Below are positions 36,825-45,659 of a DNA stretch of 64,000 nt, piece by piece; position 1 is the stretch's first letter, and every line of letters begins with the position of its first letter. Source of the stretch: an archaeon (GTDB lineage: Archaea > Asgardarchaeota > Thorarchaeia > Thorarchaeales > Thorarchaeaceae); assembly GCA_024276825.1 (NCBI GenBank), contig JAJRWI010000009.1, positions 4,902-68,901 on the forward strand. The letters run 5' to 3'. Position numbers and translations under genes: made by a program. The notes under the pieces were generated by a model. It ran no database searches, had not been told where the DNA came from, and saw nothing but the letters and a program-made list of their open reading frames with translations.

Positions 36825-37175
36825 TTACCATTCGCCCGAGAAAAACACGATCCAAGCCACGATTGCTTCAAGTTCATCGCGGGGGTCATCATCAACTCGA
36901 AACAGTGTTGAACCACTGGAGGTCATGATACTTCTTGAGTCCAGTCTGAACCTTGTTGAGCCAGAGCTACTCATGATATATTTTCTATCGTACCGACCTA
37001 TGGTGCTTCCTGAAGAGTTGGTGACATATCCATTCTTTACATAACCAATTGTGCTTCCTGAAGAGTTAGCCACAGTACCCGATGAGAATCGACCAATCGT
37101 GCTTCGTGAAGAGTTCATTATGTAATTGCCCTCAATGAATCCAATGGTCGATCCGCTGCTGCTCATAATTCTCAT
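36825..37175 (-). CDS. Small Ser/Gly/Thr repeat protein (6 x 16-aa tandem repeats)
   Basis: Repeats: IMSSSGSTIGFIEGNY / IMNSSRSTIGRFSSGT / VANSSGSTIGYVKNGY / VTNSSGSTIGRYDRKY / IMSSSGSTRFRLDSRS / IMTSSGSTLFRVDD. Hydrophobic C-terminal tail AIVAWIVFFSGEW. Confidence 0.5.
   Translation of the reverse strand: MRIMSSSGSTIGFIEGNYIMNSSRSTIGRFSSGTVANSSGSTIGYVKNGYVTNSSGSTIGRYDRKYIMSSSGSTRFRLDSRSIMTSSGSTLFRVDDDPRDELEAIVAWIVFFSGEW
36880..37170 (-). repeat. 48-nt period coding tandem repeat (6 units)
   Basis: Units like ccactggaggtcatgatacttc, tgaagagttggtgaca and cctgaagagttagccaca recur. This is the DNA of the xSSGSTIG repeats. Confidence 0.5.
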
Positions 37176-37741
37176 GTGAACACCAGGAGTTCCAGCGCAT
37201 TTCGATTTAGAGTTTTTCTCATATGGCTATCCAATATTGATTCGTGATATTTTCTAAACTTAAAGAGATAAACTAACACAACCACACCTATGATCATGGT
37301 AAATACAAATGCCACAGCCATAGTTGATGGAATGAATGTCGGATAAGGTGTAAATGTGAATAGAGGTCTAGTAATGTTTCCTGTAACATGGATGGATTGA
37401 GAAGCTGTTTCTGGATTATGAATTACAATATACCATATATCTTTGTATAGAACTACAAAGTCCCAAGATAGTTCATCTAGACCCTGTTGGTAATGATAAA
37501 GATAAGCAGTTCCGTTATTCTGCCATATTGTGTAATTTCCACTATCACATATGAAAAATGTAGCTCCTGAGCCTTTATTGACGACAAATGCGCCAGTCAG
37601 AACATAGTTTCTATCAACGCATGCTGTCGCAAAAAAATCATCACCAGGTTGTATCCAAGCGTTAAACTCGTAAAGGTCATTCATCTGCATCATCACAGGT
37701 GCCATAAAAACAATAAAAATAATCCAAACAGCCATTTTCAT
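37172..37741 (-). CDS. Secreted/membrane-anchored hypothetical protein
   Basis: N-terminal signal-like MAVWIIFIVFMAPVMMQ, an Asn/aromatic-rich ectodomain, then a C-terminal TM MAVAFVFTMIIGVVVLVYLF and a basic tail. Confidence 0.45.
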   Translation of the reverse strand: MKMAVWIIFIVFMAPVMMQMNDLYEFNAWIQPGDDFFATACVDRNYVLTGAFVVNKGSGATFFICDSGNYTIWQNNGTAYLYHYQQGLDELSWDFVVLYKDIWYIVIHNPETASQSIHVTGNITRPLFTFTPYPTFIPSTMAVAFVFTMIIGVVVLVYLFKFRKYHESILDSHMRKTLNRNALELLVFT

Positions 37742-37860
37742 TGTTATTCATTATTCTAATCACATTGAACAGATTTATCTTTTTTTAACGAATTAGCAGA
37801 GCCATTACGGTCGATAGCATTAAGAGTAAAACATAATTTCGTGAGGTTGAGGAGCTGGCC

Positions 37861-40467
37861 ATGAAAAAGAGGACCCCAATGCAACGCCAATACCTTGAAC
37901 TGAAACGCCAGTATCCTGATTGCCTGCTTATGTTCAGACTGGGCGATTTCTATGAGCTGTTCAATGAAGATGCCAAAATAGCCAGCAATGTTCTTGACAT
38001 TGTTCTCACTGCCAGAGGAGAGGGAGTTGACAAGTGGCCAATGTGTGGTGTCCCTTACCATTCGGTTGATGGATATATTGCCAAGTTGCTTCATGCTGGA
38101 TTCACCGTTGCAATTGCCGAGCAGGTCGAAGACGCATCACAGGCCAAAGGACTGGTAAGGCGTGAAGTTGTCAGAGTGATCACACCGGGAACTGTCCTTG
38201 AATCATCAATGCTTGAAGATGCGACAAACAACTATCTTATGTCATTGGTCGAACATGATGGACGAGCTGGTATTGGTGTTGTTGACGTTTCAACAGGTGA
38301 GTTCATGGTCACTGAAACTAAGGGGCGAATCACAAGTGATGTTGTATTGAATGAGATAGGAAGACTGAGTCCATCTGAGATATTATTGCCTGAGTCCTAT
38401 TCTGGTAGAAGTGAATTGCGTGAAGTATTGGAAGAAACTGGAGCACTATTGACCTTTCGGAATGATACTGATTTTTCTGCCAGAGTGGCAGAGGAAAAGT
38501 TAAAGGACCACTTCGGTGTTTCAACGCTCGAAGGTTTTGGTCTGACTGATAAACATGTTGCGCTTGGTGCTAGCGGGGCCATAATTGCATATCTCATGGA
38601 AGTTCATAAGACTAATGCAATCACAATCTCTTCACTTCGGACATATTCGATTGAGCAACACATGATCATTGATGTGACAACCCAGAGGAATCTGGAGCTG
38701 ACCAGAAATGCAAGAGATGGCTCTCAAAGGGGCACACTATTGTCTGTGCTCAATCAGACTGTCACATCGATGGGAAAGAGAAGGCTCAAGCAATGGATCT
38801 TACAACCCTTGCGAGATATTAATGCAATTGAAAGAAGACTTGACTGTGTGGATGAGCTGGCAAGAAATGCTATTCTGCGAAAAGAGATCTCTAGTAGGCT
38901 TAGAGACCTTGGAGACCTCGAGAGGGTCTCAAGCAGAATTGTCTTTGGAAACTCCAATGCTCGTGAACTATTAGCCCTCAGAAATGCCCTCAAAAGGCTA
39001 CCAGAAATCAAGAAGACCCTTGCCGAGTGCAAGTCCGAGATACTGAAGGATGCAGCTAGAGATATCGATCCGCTTGAAGAGTTATACAAGACCCTAGAAG
39101 ATGCCATTGTCGAAGACCCTCCAGTCAGTGTAAAAGATGGTGGAATGATCAAGGAAGGATTTGATGAGCAACTCGATAGTCTTCGTGCATCAATTGCATC
39201 TGACAAGAAATGGATTGCTTCTCTGCAGGCAAGAGAACGACATAGAACAGGTATTAAGTCATTGAAGGTGGGCTTTAACAAGGTCTTTGGATATTATATA
39301 GAAGTCACCAAGGCAAACCTGCATCTTGTGCCTACTGAATATGAGCGTAAGCAGACACTGACTGGAGCCGAGCGTTTCATAACGCCCGAACTGAAAGAGA
39401 AGGAGACCTCGGTCCTTGCAGGCGAGGAGAAGATAAATCAACTAGAGTTTGAGATCTATGAGAAGCTCAGAGCCCAAGTCAAAGACGTGATTGACATCCT
39501 GAGAAAGAATGCTTCAGCAATTGCGACGACTGATGTTCTGAGCGCATTAGCGGAGGTCGCTGTTCTAAGAAGATACTGCAGGCCCAACTTGACAAATGGC
39601 AAGAGGATTAAGATAGTTGATGGCAGACACCCCTCACTTGAGGTAATTCTTGGCCCCAATGAATTTGTGCCAAACAGCCTTGAGATTGGCGATGGTGGTG
39701 CGACACTCATCATAGTCACAGGGCCTAACATGGCTGGGAAGTCAACCTTCATGCGACAAGCAGCATTGATCATTCTTCTTGCACAGATGGGCTCATTCGT
39801 CCCTGCCAAGTCTGCAGAAATTGGTCTCGTGGACAGAATCTTCACGCGAGTGGGAGCATTTGACGATCTTACAGCCAGACAGAGTACATTCATGGTTGAG
39901 ATGATTGAAACCGCCAACATACTCAATAATGCCACTGACAAGAGTTTTGTCATACTTGATGAGATTGGTAGAGGGACCTCCACATTTGACGGAATGGCAC
40001 TGGCGTGGGCTGTTGCTGAAGAAATGGCCCAAATGAAGACAAGAACCCTCTTTGCAACCCATTTTCATCAGTTGACAGATATGGCTCGAACCCATCATGG
40101 AGTCAAGAATGTCCATACTCTTGCGAAAGAGGTAGGCCATAAGATCGTATTCTTGCACAAGGTTGTTGAGGGAGGGACCGATAAGAGCTATGGTGTCCAT
40201 GTAGCGGCTCTTGCAGGAGTTCCTGAATCTGTTGTCAACCGAGCGCGCAAGATTCTCACCAAGCTTGAAAGAGAGAGCGTCGTGGATATTGCAAATGTTG
40301 GAGAGAGTCCCGTTGAAGAGGTTGTTCAGACCACTCTTGAATCGCTACTTGTAACGGATCCGATTGTAGAGATGATTCTGAAACTTGACATAGACAGAAT
40401 GACTCCCATTGATGCATTGATTCTTCTCAAAGAACTTCAAGAGGACGCGAAAAAAAGAGAGGAATAG
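37861..40467 (+). CDS. mutS: DNA mismatch repair protein MutS (bacterial MutS1 type)
   Basis: Mismatch-binding N-terminus MQRQYLELKRQYPDCLLMFRLGDFYELF. Walker A GPNMAGKSTFMRQ. Walker B/ABC signature STFMVEMIE...ILDEIGRGTST. 868 aa. Confidence 0.9.
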   Translation: MKKRTPMQRQYLELKRQYPDCLLMFRLGDFYELFNEDAKIASNVLDIVLTARGEGVDKWPMCGVPYHSVDGYIAKLLHAGFTVAIAEQVEDASQAKGLVRREVVRVITPGTVLESSMLEDATNNYLMSLVEHDGRAGIGVVDVSTGEFMVTETKGRITSDVVLNEIGRLSPSEILLPESYSGRSELREVLEETGALLTFRNDTDFSARVAEEKLKDHFGVSTLEGFGLTDKHVALGASGAIIAYLMEVHKTNAITISSLRTYSIEQHMIIDVTTQRNLELTRNARDGSQRGTLLSVLNQTVTSMGKRRLKQWILQPLRDINAIERRLDCVDELARNAILRKEISSRLRDLGDLERVSSRIVFGNSNARELLALRNALKRLPEIKKTLAECKSEILKDAARDIDPLEELYKTLEDAIVEDPPVSVKDGGMIKEGFDEQLDSLRASIASDKKWIASLQARERHRTGIKSLKVGFNKVFGYYIEVTKANLHLVPTEYERKQTLTGAERFITPELKEKETSVLAGEEKINQLEFEIYEKLRAQVKDVIDILRKNASAIATTDVLSALAEVAVLRRYCRPNLTNGKRIKIVDGRHPSLEVILGPNEFVPNSLEIGDGGATLIIVTGPNMAGKSTFMRQAALIILLAQMGSFVPAKSAEIGLVDRIFTRVGAFDDLTARQSTFMVEMIETANILNNATDKSFVILDEIGRGTSTFDGMALAWAVAEEMAQMKTRTLFATHFHQLTDMARTHHGVKNVHTLAKEVGHKIVFLHKVVEGGTDKSYGVHVAALAGVPESVVNRARKILTKLERESVVDIANVGESPVEEVVQTTLESLLVTDPIVEMILKLDIDRMTPIDALILLKELQEDAKKREE

Positions 40468-40536
40468 TTCGTTGCAACACAACATATCAATTGGCAATAT
40501 AAACCAAAATGCTAAAATATTAGGATTTAAATCATA

Positions 40537-41982
40537 ATGATTATGCCCCTAAAGTTTATCGATAGAGAGTTCGAGTTAGATATCCTTACCAAGGAGTATT
40601 CAAAAAAAGGTTTCACATTCACTATCATTTATGGACGAAGAAGAGTTGGAAAGACTGAGTTGGTCCGACATTTTATTAATGGTAAAAAGGCGATTTATTT
40701 TCAATGTGATAAAAGGGGAGTTAGAGCTAATATCGAGTCGATGCGAAAAGTTTGTTCACGATTTTTCGATGATGTGGAGCCTTCTCTTGCTTCATTAAAT
40801 GAGATCTTCCACTACATCATCAAAAGAAAGGAATATGAGAAAATAGTATTCATCATTGATGAATTCCCCTATCTTATTCAACAGGATGGAGCATTAACAT
40901 CTGAATTGCAGAGAATAATTGACACATTTCTTATCCACGAAGATATGTATCTGATCATTCTTGGTTCGTCCATCGGAATGATGAAGGATGAACTGCTAAG
41001 TGAGAAAAGTCCGCTATATGGACGAAGAACTAGTCAATTAGAGATCAGACCTTTTGGCTTCAGAAATCTAATTGAGTGGTTCCCTCAAATTAATCCCAAA
41101 AGACTAGTAAAAATCTATGGCGCTTTTGGAGGAATGCCATTCTATCTGCAATTCATTAACCAAAAGGAGAACTTTTTCAAAAATTTGGAGAGAACAGTTT
41201 TCAATAAATCACATGTCTTGTACCCAGAGGGAGAATTCGTTATTCGATCCGAATTATCGCAAGTATCAAGTTATATGAAAATATTGCAAGCGATTGCATC
41301 GGGGGCGTCAAAGGTAGTAGATATTGCAGTAAAATCAGGCATTAAGGCTAGCGACCTGCCACATTATCTTGATAGATTGAGAGCCCTTGACATCATACAT
41401 AGGGAGAGGCCAATTCTTGGAAGGAGCAAGAAAAGCAAAAAGTCACTTTATTTCCTGTCAGACAATTTCTTGCAATTTTGGTTCAGGTATGTATTGCCAT
41501 ATGGCAGTATGATTGAAATTGGCAACTTGGACCCCATATTTGATGATTTAAAACGTTCCTATGACACATTTCTTGGGCGAGTCTTCGAGCAGATCAGTCG
41601 AGAGTATCTGATGCTTGCAAATAAAATGAAGATTGAACCAATCAAATTTACTCGTTTAGGTTCACAATGGGGAAAAATTCCCGGAATGCCAAAAGGGCGA
41701 AATGAATATGAAATTGATCATATTGCAATTGATATGAATGAGAAGTCATTGATAATTGCCGAATCTAAATGGCAGAATAATGTAAATCCAGTTTCAATGG
41801 AGAAGCGGCTTAATGATCTTGTCAAGGTAGTTCCAGAATTATCAAGATGGAAGACAGTCCACCTGATTGGGTTCGCAAGGTCATTCAGAAAAACGCGGAA
41901 GGATTTGAGTATTCATACAGTCGACCTAAAGACAATTCATAGTACATTCAAATCAAGCTTGAAGAGCAAGAAAGAGATCTAG
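40537..41982 (+). CDS. AAA+ ATPase (archaeal ATPase family) fused to a C-terminal PD-(D/E)xK nuclease-like domain (DUF234-like)
   Basis: Walker A GRRRVGKTE, Walker B IFIIDEF. The C-terminal EIDHIAIDMNEKSLIIAESKW has D...E-x-K spacing. Confidence 0.6.
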   Translation: MIMPLKFIDREFELDILTKEYSKKGFTFTIIYGRRRVGKTELVRHFINGKKAIYFQCDKRGVRANIESMRKVCSRFFDDVEPSLASLNEIFHYIIKRKEYEKIVFIIDEFPYLIQQDGALTSELQRIIDTFLIHEDMYLIILGSSIGMMKDELLSEKSPLYGRRTSQLEIRPFGFRNLIEWFPQINPKRLVKIYGAFGGMPFYLQFINQKENFFKNLERTVFNKSHVLYPEGEFVIRSELSQVSSYMKILQAIASGASKVVDIAVKSGIKASDLPHYLDRLRALDIIHRERPILGRSKKSKKSLYFLSDNFLQFWFRYVLPYGSMIEIGNLDPIFDDLKRSYDTFLGRVFEQISREYLMLANKMKIEPIKFTRLGSQWGKIPGMPKGRNEYEIDHIAIDMNEKSLIIAESKWQNNVNPVSMEKRLNDLVKVVPELSRWKTVHLIGFARSFRKTRKDLSIHTVDLKTIHSTFKSSLKSKKEI

Positions 41983-42028
41983 TTACAAACAGGGATGCTT
42001 AAAAGAAACAAGTGCTCTCTGAATTCAC

Positions 42029-42697
42029 ATGAAGCATCCTCCTGAGATCGCACCTTCAATCCTTTCAGCCAATTTTGCAAATCTCGAGACTGACATAAGG
42101 CAGGCTGAGAAGGGCGGTGCTGATTGGTTTCATCTAGACATCATGGACGGTCATTTTGTTCCCAACATCTCCTTTGGGCCATGGGTCGCCAAGATCATGA
42201 AGGCTATCACTGATGTGCCTCTTGATGCGCATCTTATGATCACCAATCCTCGTGAGTATATTCCAAAGTTCATTGATGCAGGTGTAGAACTGATCTATCC
42301 ACATTACGAGGCCTCTTATGATGTCTACAGAACTGTTCAACTCATCGTCGATCTTGGAGCAAAGGCAGGCATTACTCTAAACCCGGCAACTCGTTTTGAT
42401 GTTGTCGAACCATTCTTGGAACTCATTGATTCTGTACTAATCATGAGTGTGTGCCCTGGATTCGGTGGTCAGAAATTCATTGAGTCCTCAGTCCAGAAGA
42501 TTAGATGGTTAAGGAAACTTCTCGATGAGCAGAAACCCGAGGTGCGAATTGCAATTGATGGTGGTGTAAATCTAGAAAACATTGCAGACTTGCGGCATGC
42601 TGGCGTGGATTTCTTTGTTGCGGGATCTGCTGTTTTTAAGGCTAAAAATATTGAAGAAACTGTTCGAAGGTTAAAGCAGATTGCTGAAAGTGTATAA
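42029..42697 (+). CDS. rpe: Ribulose-phosphate 3-epimerase
   Basis: APSILSANFANL...HLDIMDGHFVPNISFGP and GFGGQKF motifs. Confidence 0.85.
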   Translation: MKHPPEIAPSILSANFANLETDIRQAEKGGADWFHLDIMDGHFVPNISFGPWVAKIMKAITDVPLDAHLMITNPREYIPKFIDAGVELIYPHYEASYDVYRTVQLIVDLGAKAGITLNPATRFDVVEPFLELIDSVLIMSVCPGFGGQKFIESSVQKIRWLRKLLDEQKPEVRIAIDGGVNLENIADLRHAGVDFFVAGSAVFKAKNIEETVRRLKQIAESV

Positions 42698-42857
42698 ATC
42701 GATTCATGAATTTTATGCGAATGGGACAGCATCTGCAATGTTTTCAAAATAACACATCAATAAATAGTAAGATTCAATTCATATTATTAATAGATTGAAT
42801 GAACAATATTAACAAGTCAATTATCACTTTTTCATAATATCAACATGAGAAAAAAAG

Positions 42858-43070
42858 GTGAAAATTCAATTTCCTGTTGTAATTACGAAGGAAGAAAAAT
42901 ACTATGTTACATTGGCTGTAAATGTTGATATATCTTCACAAGGTGAAACAGTTGAAGAGGCCCTTGAAAACCTTCTTGAAGCGCTAGAGCTTTATTTGGA
43001 AGATGAAGACTCAATAATTCCTGAATCCTCGGAAAAACCAATATTGACAATAATTGAGGTATCTTATTAA
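42858..43070 (+). CDS. hicB: HicB-family antitoxin (UPF0150)
   Basis: YYVTLAVNVDISSQGETVEEALENLLEALELYLED matches the HicB/UPF0150 pattern. Confidence 0.55.
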   Translation: MKIQFPVVITKEEKYYVTLAVNVDISSQGETVEEALENLLEALELYLEDEDSIIPESSEKPILTIIEVSY

Positions 43071-43227
43071 AAGTTCCAATTGTATCAGCAAGCGAGTTAA
43101 TCAAGTATCTTGAGAAAATGGCTTTAGAATAGTTGGAAGGGGAGGGAGTCATATTAGATTAAAGAGAATAGTGAAGCCAAGCAAATTAATTGTAATTATT
43201 CCATTTCATAAAGGGCTTGCAATGTGA
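43070..43227 (+). pseudogene. hicA: HicA-family mRNA-interferase toxin, frameshifted in an A4 run and lacking a canonical start codon
   Basis: Frame A reads KVPIVSASELIKYLEKMALE* and frame C reads ENGFRIVGRGGSHIRLKRIVKPSKLIVIIPFHKGLAM*. One extra A in aaaa (43115-43118) would join them as ...KYLEKNGFRIVGRGGSH..., a typical HicA. No ATG/GTG/TTG lies between the hicB stop and the HicA motif. Confidence 0.5.
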
Positions 43228-43377
43228 ACACTGCGTTTCATTCTGCGGCAAGCGAATAGTCCTTTGGAAGAGTTTATTGAAGACTTCAGTAAGAACTCTC
43301 ATCATACTAGCTAAATAGACAATGTAATATATTGGGATTCACTGAAAAGCGCAAGCACTTGCATGAGTTGAGATGAT

Positions 43378-44028
43378 ATGAAGTTCTTCATTGATACTGC
43401 AAATGTAGAGGCGATAAGAAAGGCTCACGAGCGTGGAATGGTTGATGGCGTGACTACGAACCCGACTCTTGTAGCTAAAGAGGGACGCGATTTCCGACAG
43501 ATTGTTGAGGAGATCGCATCCTTTGTTGAAGGTCCCATCAGCCTAGAGGTAGTGAGTGAGGACGCAGAAGGAATGATCGAGGAGGCACGAGAACTCAATG
43601 GCTGGATTGATAACGCAGCAATCAAGATTCCTATGACATGGGAGGGTCTCAAAGCAGTCAGGGTTCTTGCCAGTGAAGACATCAAGACAAATGTCACCCT
43701 CTGTTTTAGTGCCAATCAAGCCCTGTTGGCGGCGAAGGCAGGAGCAACATTCGTGTCACCATTCATTGGCAGACTGGATGATGTTGGTCATACTGGAATG
43801 CAGTTGATTGCAGATGTTGTTCAAATCTATGCCAACTATGGATATGACACAGAAGTGATTGTAGCCAGTATTCGACATCCAATTCATGTCTATGAAGCAG
43901 CACTTCTGGGTGCTGATATAGCAACAATTCCTCCGGCAGTCCTTGACAAGATGGTCAACCATCCACTCACTGATGTCGGGATAAAGCGATTCCTTGCAGA
44001 TTGGGAACGAGTGAAGAAAAAAAGTTGA
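43378..44028 (+). CDS. tal: Transaldolase / fructose-6-phosphate aldolase (short TalC/MipB type)
   Basis: [15 protein letters not shown]...GVTTNPTL and IKIPMTWEG motifs. 216 aa. Confidence 0.85.
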   Translation: MKFFIDTANVEAIRKAHERGMVDGVTTNPTLVAKEGRDFRQIVEEIASFVEGPISLEVVSEDAEGMIEEARELNGWIDNAAIKIPMTWEGLKAVRVLASEDIKTNVTLCFSANQALLAAKAGATFVSPFIGRLDDVGHTGMQLIADVVQIYANYGYDTEVIVASIRHPIHVYEAALLGADIATIPPAVLDKMVNHPLTDVGIKRFLADWERVKKKS

Positions 44029-44096
44029 CCCCTACTAAAAATAGGTACAACAATCATTGATATGTTTGCATTCGAAATAACCAGATGTGACATTCC

Positions 44097-45659
44097 TTGA
44101 GATTGGAAACTGACCTGATCATCTATAATGCCAACATTATTACCATGGACCCTGCAAATCCGATGGCATCAGCACTGGCCGTCAAAAGTTACAAAATAGT
44201 TGCCGTTGGCAGTGAGGAACAGGTTGCAGAACTTATTGAGGGAGCAGAGCGAGTAATGGACCTTGGTGGCAAGACTGTAGTACCAGGGTTTGTTGATTCT
44301 CACACTCATCTCACGAGTGCAGGGGTTAGATCGAGGGATGTCGATCTTGCTAACACTAAATCCATAACAGAGGTCAAGAAAAGGCTCAGGCAGGCCATAG
44401 GCAGCTATTCTCGAGATGGCTGGCTTCTGGGTTTTGGCTGGGATGAGAGCTCCTGGCGAGTGAAGAGATATTTGACTGCAAGAGACCTCGATGAGGTCAG
44501 TGCCGATATCCCAATGGCCATCTTTAGAATAGATGGGCATCTGGCCACTGTTAATAGTGCAGGTCTCAAGCTCCTTGGGAAGAAGCTCACAGGCGAGGGT
44601 GTGGAGAGAGACAGCGAAGGCAGACCAACTGGCGTCTTGAAAGACATGGATGATGTCTTTAAGGAGGTAAGGTACCGTTCAGAGAATCTGATCGAGGGCG
44701 TGGTCGAGGGAAATAAGATTGCCAATCGCAATGGGATCACAACTGCGGTTGATAATGTTTCAGCCCATTATATCAAGCCCATACGACGAGCAGAAACAAT
44801 GGGTCTATTAACAACAAGAATGGTGATCAACCCACCCATTGAGCTAATGAAGCATATGATTGGTCTTGGGCTCACTTCTGGGGTGGGCAGCCCGATGTTC
44901 AGACTTGGTGGAATAAAGTCGTTCATCGATGGTTCAATCGGAGCACGGACCGCCTATCTCAGTGAGGATTATGCTGATGCACCTGGCGAGAAAGGCATGC
45001 TTCTTTTCAAAGAACGAAAGTTTAGAAAATATGTCAAGGATGCAGTGGAGAATGACATTCAGACCGTCACCCATGCCATTGGCGATGCTGCCATTGAGAT
45101 TGTCATCTCTGCTTTTGAGGATATTAATGACAAGGCACTCATTAGAGAACAGAGGCATCGAATAGAACATGCTGAGATAATTAATGAGAACCAGATCAGG
45201 CGAGCTGCCAGTCTTGGTTTGATTCTTTCAATGCAACCAAACTTTGTGGGTCAGTGGCAACAGAGAAGGGGGATGTATGAAGAGCGACTCGGTATAGAGA
45301 GAACAAGTCAGTTGAACATGTTCAGAACAATTCTATCTAATGGCGCAAGGTTGTGCTTTGGCTCTGATGGCATGCCATATGGTCCATTGTATGGGATCTG
45401 GTGTGCAATCAACCATCCAAATGAGAAAGAACGACTCACTTTAGAAGAGGCATTGCGCTGCTATACAATGGAAGGGGCGTACTCTGTCTTTATGGAACGG
45501 ACCATAGGGAGTATCACACCGGGCAAGCGTGCTGATTTTGTTGTCTTGTCCAAGGATATTATGAGAGTTCCAGCGGCCATAATAAAGGACATTGAGGTGG
45601 ATATGACCGTAGTCGGGGGAATTGTTGAGTTCTCCAAAGTCAAGAGCCAAGGTGGTTGA
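44097..45659 (+). CDS. Amidohydrolase-family metal-dependent hydrolase (amidohydrolase 3-like)
   Basis: VVPGFVDSHTHL metal-binding motif, HAIGDAA, and a C-terminal ...FGSDG... region. TTG start at 44097. Confidence 0.7.
   Translation: MRLETDLIIYNANIITMDPANPMASALAVKSYKIVAVGSEEQVAELIEGAERVMDLGGKTVVPGFVDSHTHLTSAGVRSRDVDLANTKSITEVKKRLRQAIGSYSRDGWLLGFGWDESSWRVKRYLTARDLDEVSADIPMAIFRIDGHLATVNSAGLKLLGKKLTGEGVERDSEGRPTGVLKDMDDVFKEVRYRSENLIEGVVEGNKIANRNGITTAVDNVSAHYIKPIRRAETMGLLTTRMVINPPIELMKHMIGLGLTSGVGSPMFRLGGIKSFIDGSIGARTAYLSEDYADAPGEKGMLLFKERKFRKYVKDAVENDIQTVTHAIGDAAIEIVISAFEDINDKALIREQRHRIEHAEIINENQIRRAASLGLILSMQPNFVGQWQQRRGMYEERLGIERTSQLNMFRTILSNGARLCFGSDGMPYGPLYGIWCAINHPNEKERLTLEEALRCYTMEGAYSVFMERTIGSITPGKRADFVVLSKDIMRVPAAIIKDIEVDMTVVGGIVEFSKVKSQGG

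Noticed and set aside
36825-37175. CRISPR-like periodic repeat signal
   Set aside because: The 48-nt periodicity is in frame and encodes amino-acid repeats. There are no unique spacers or cas genes, so it is not a CRISPR array.
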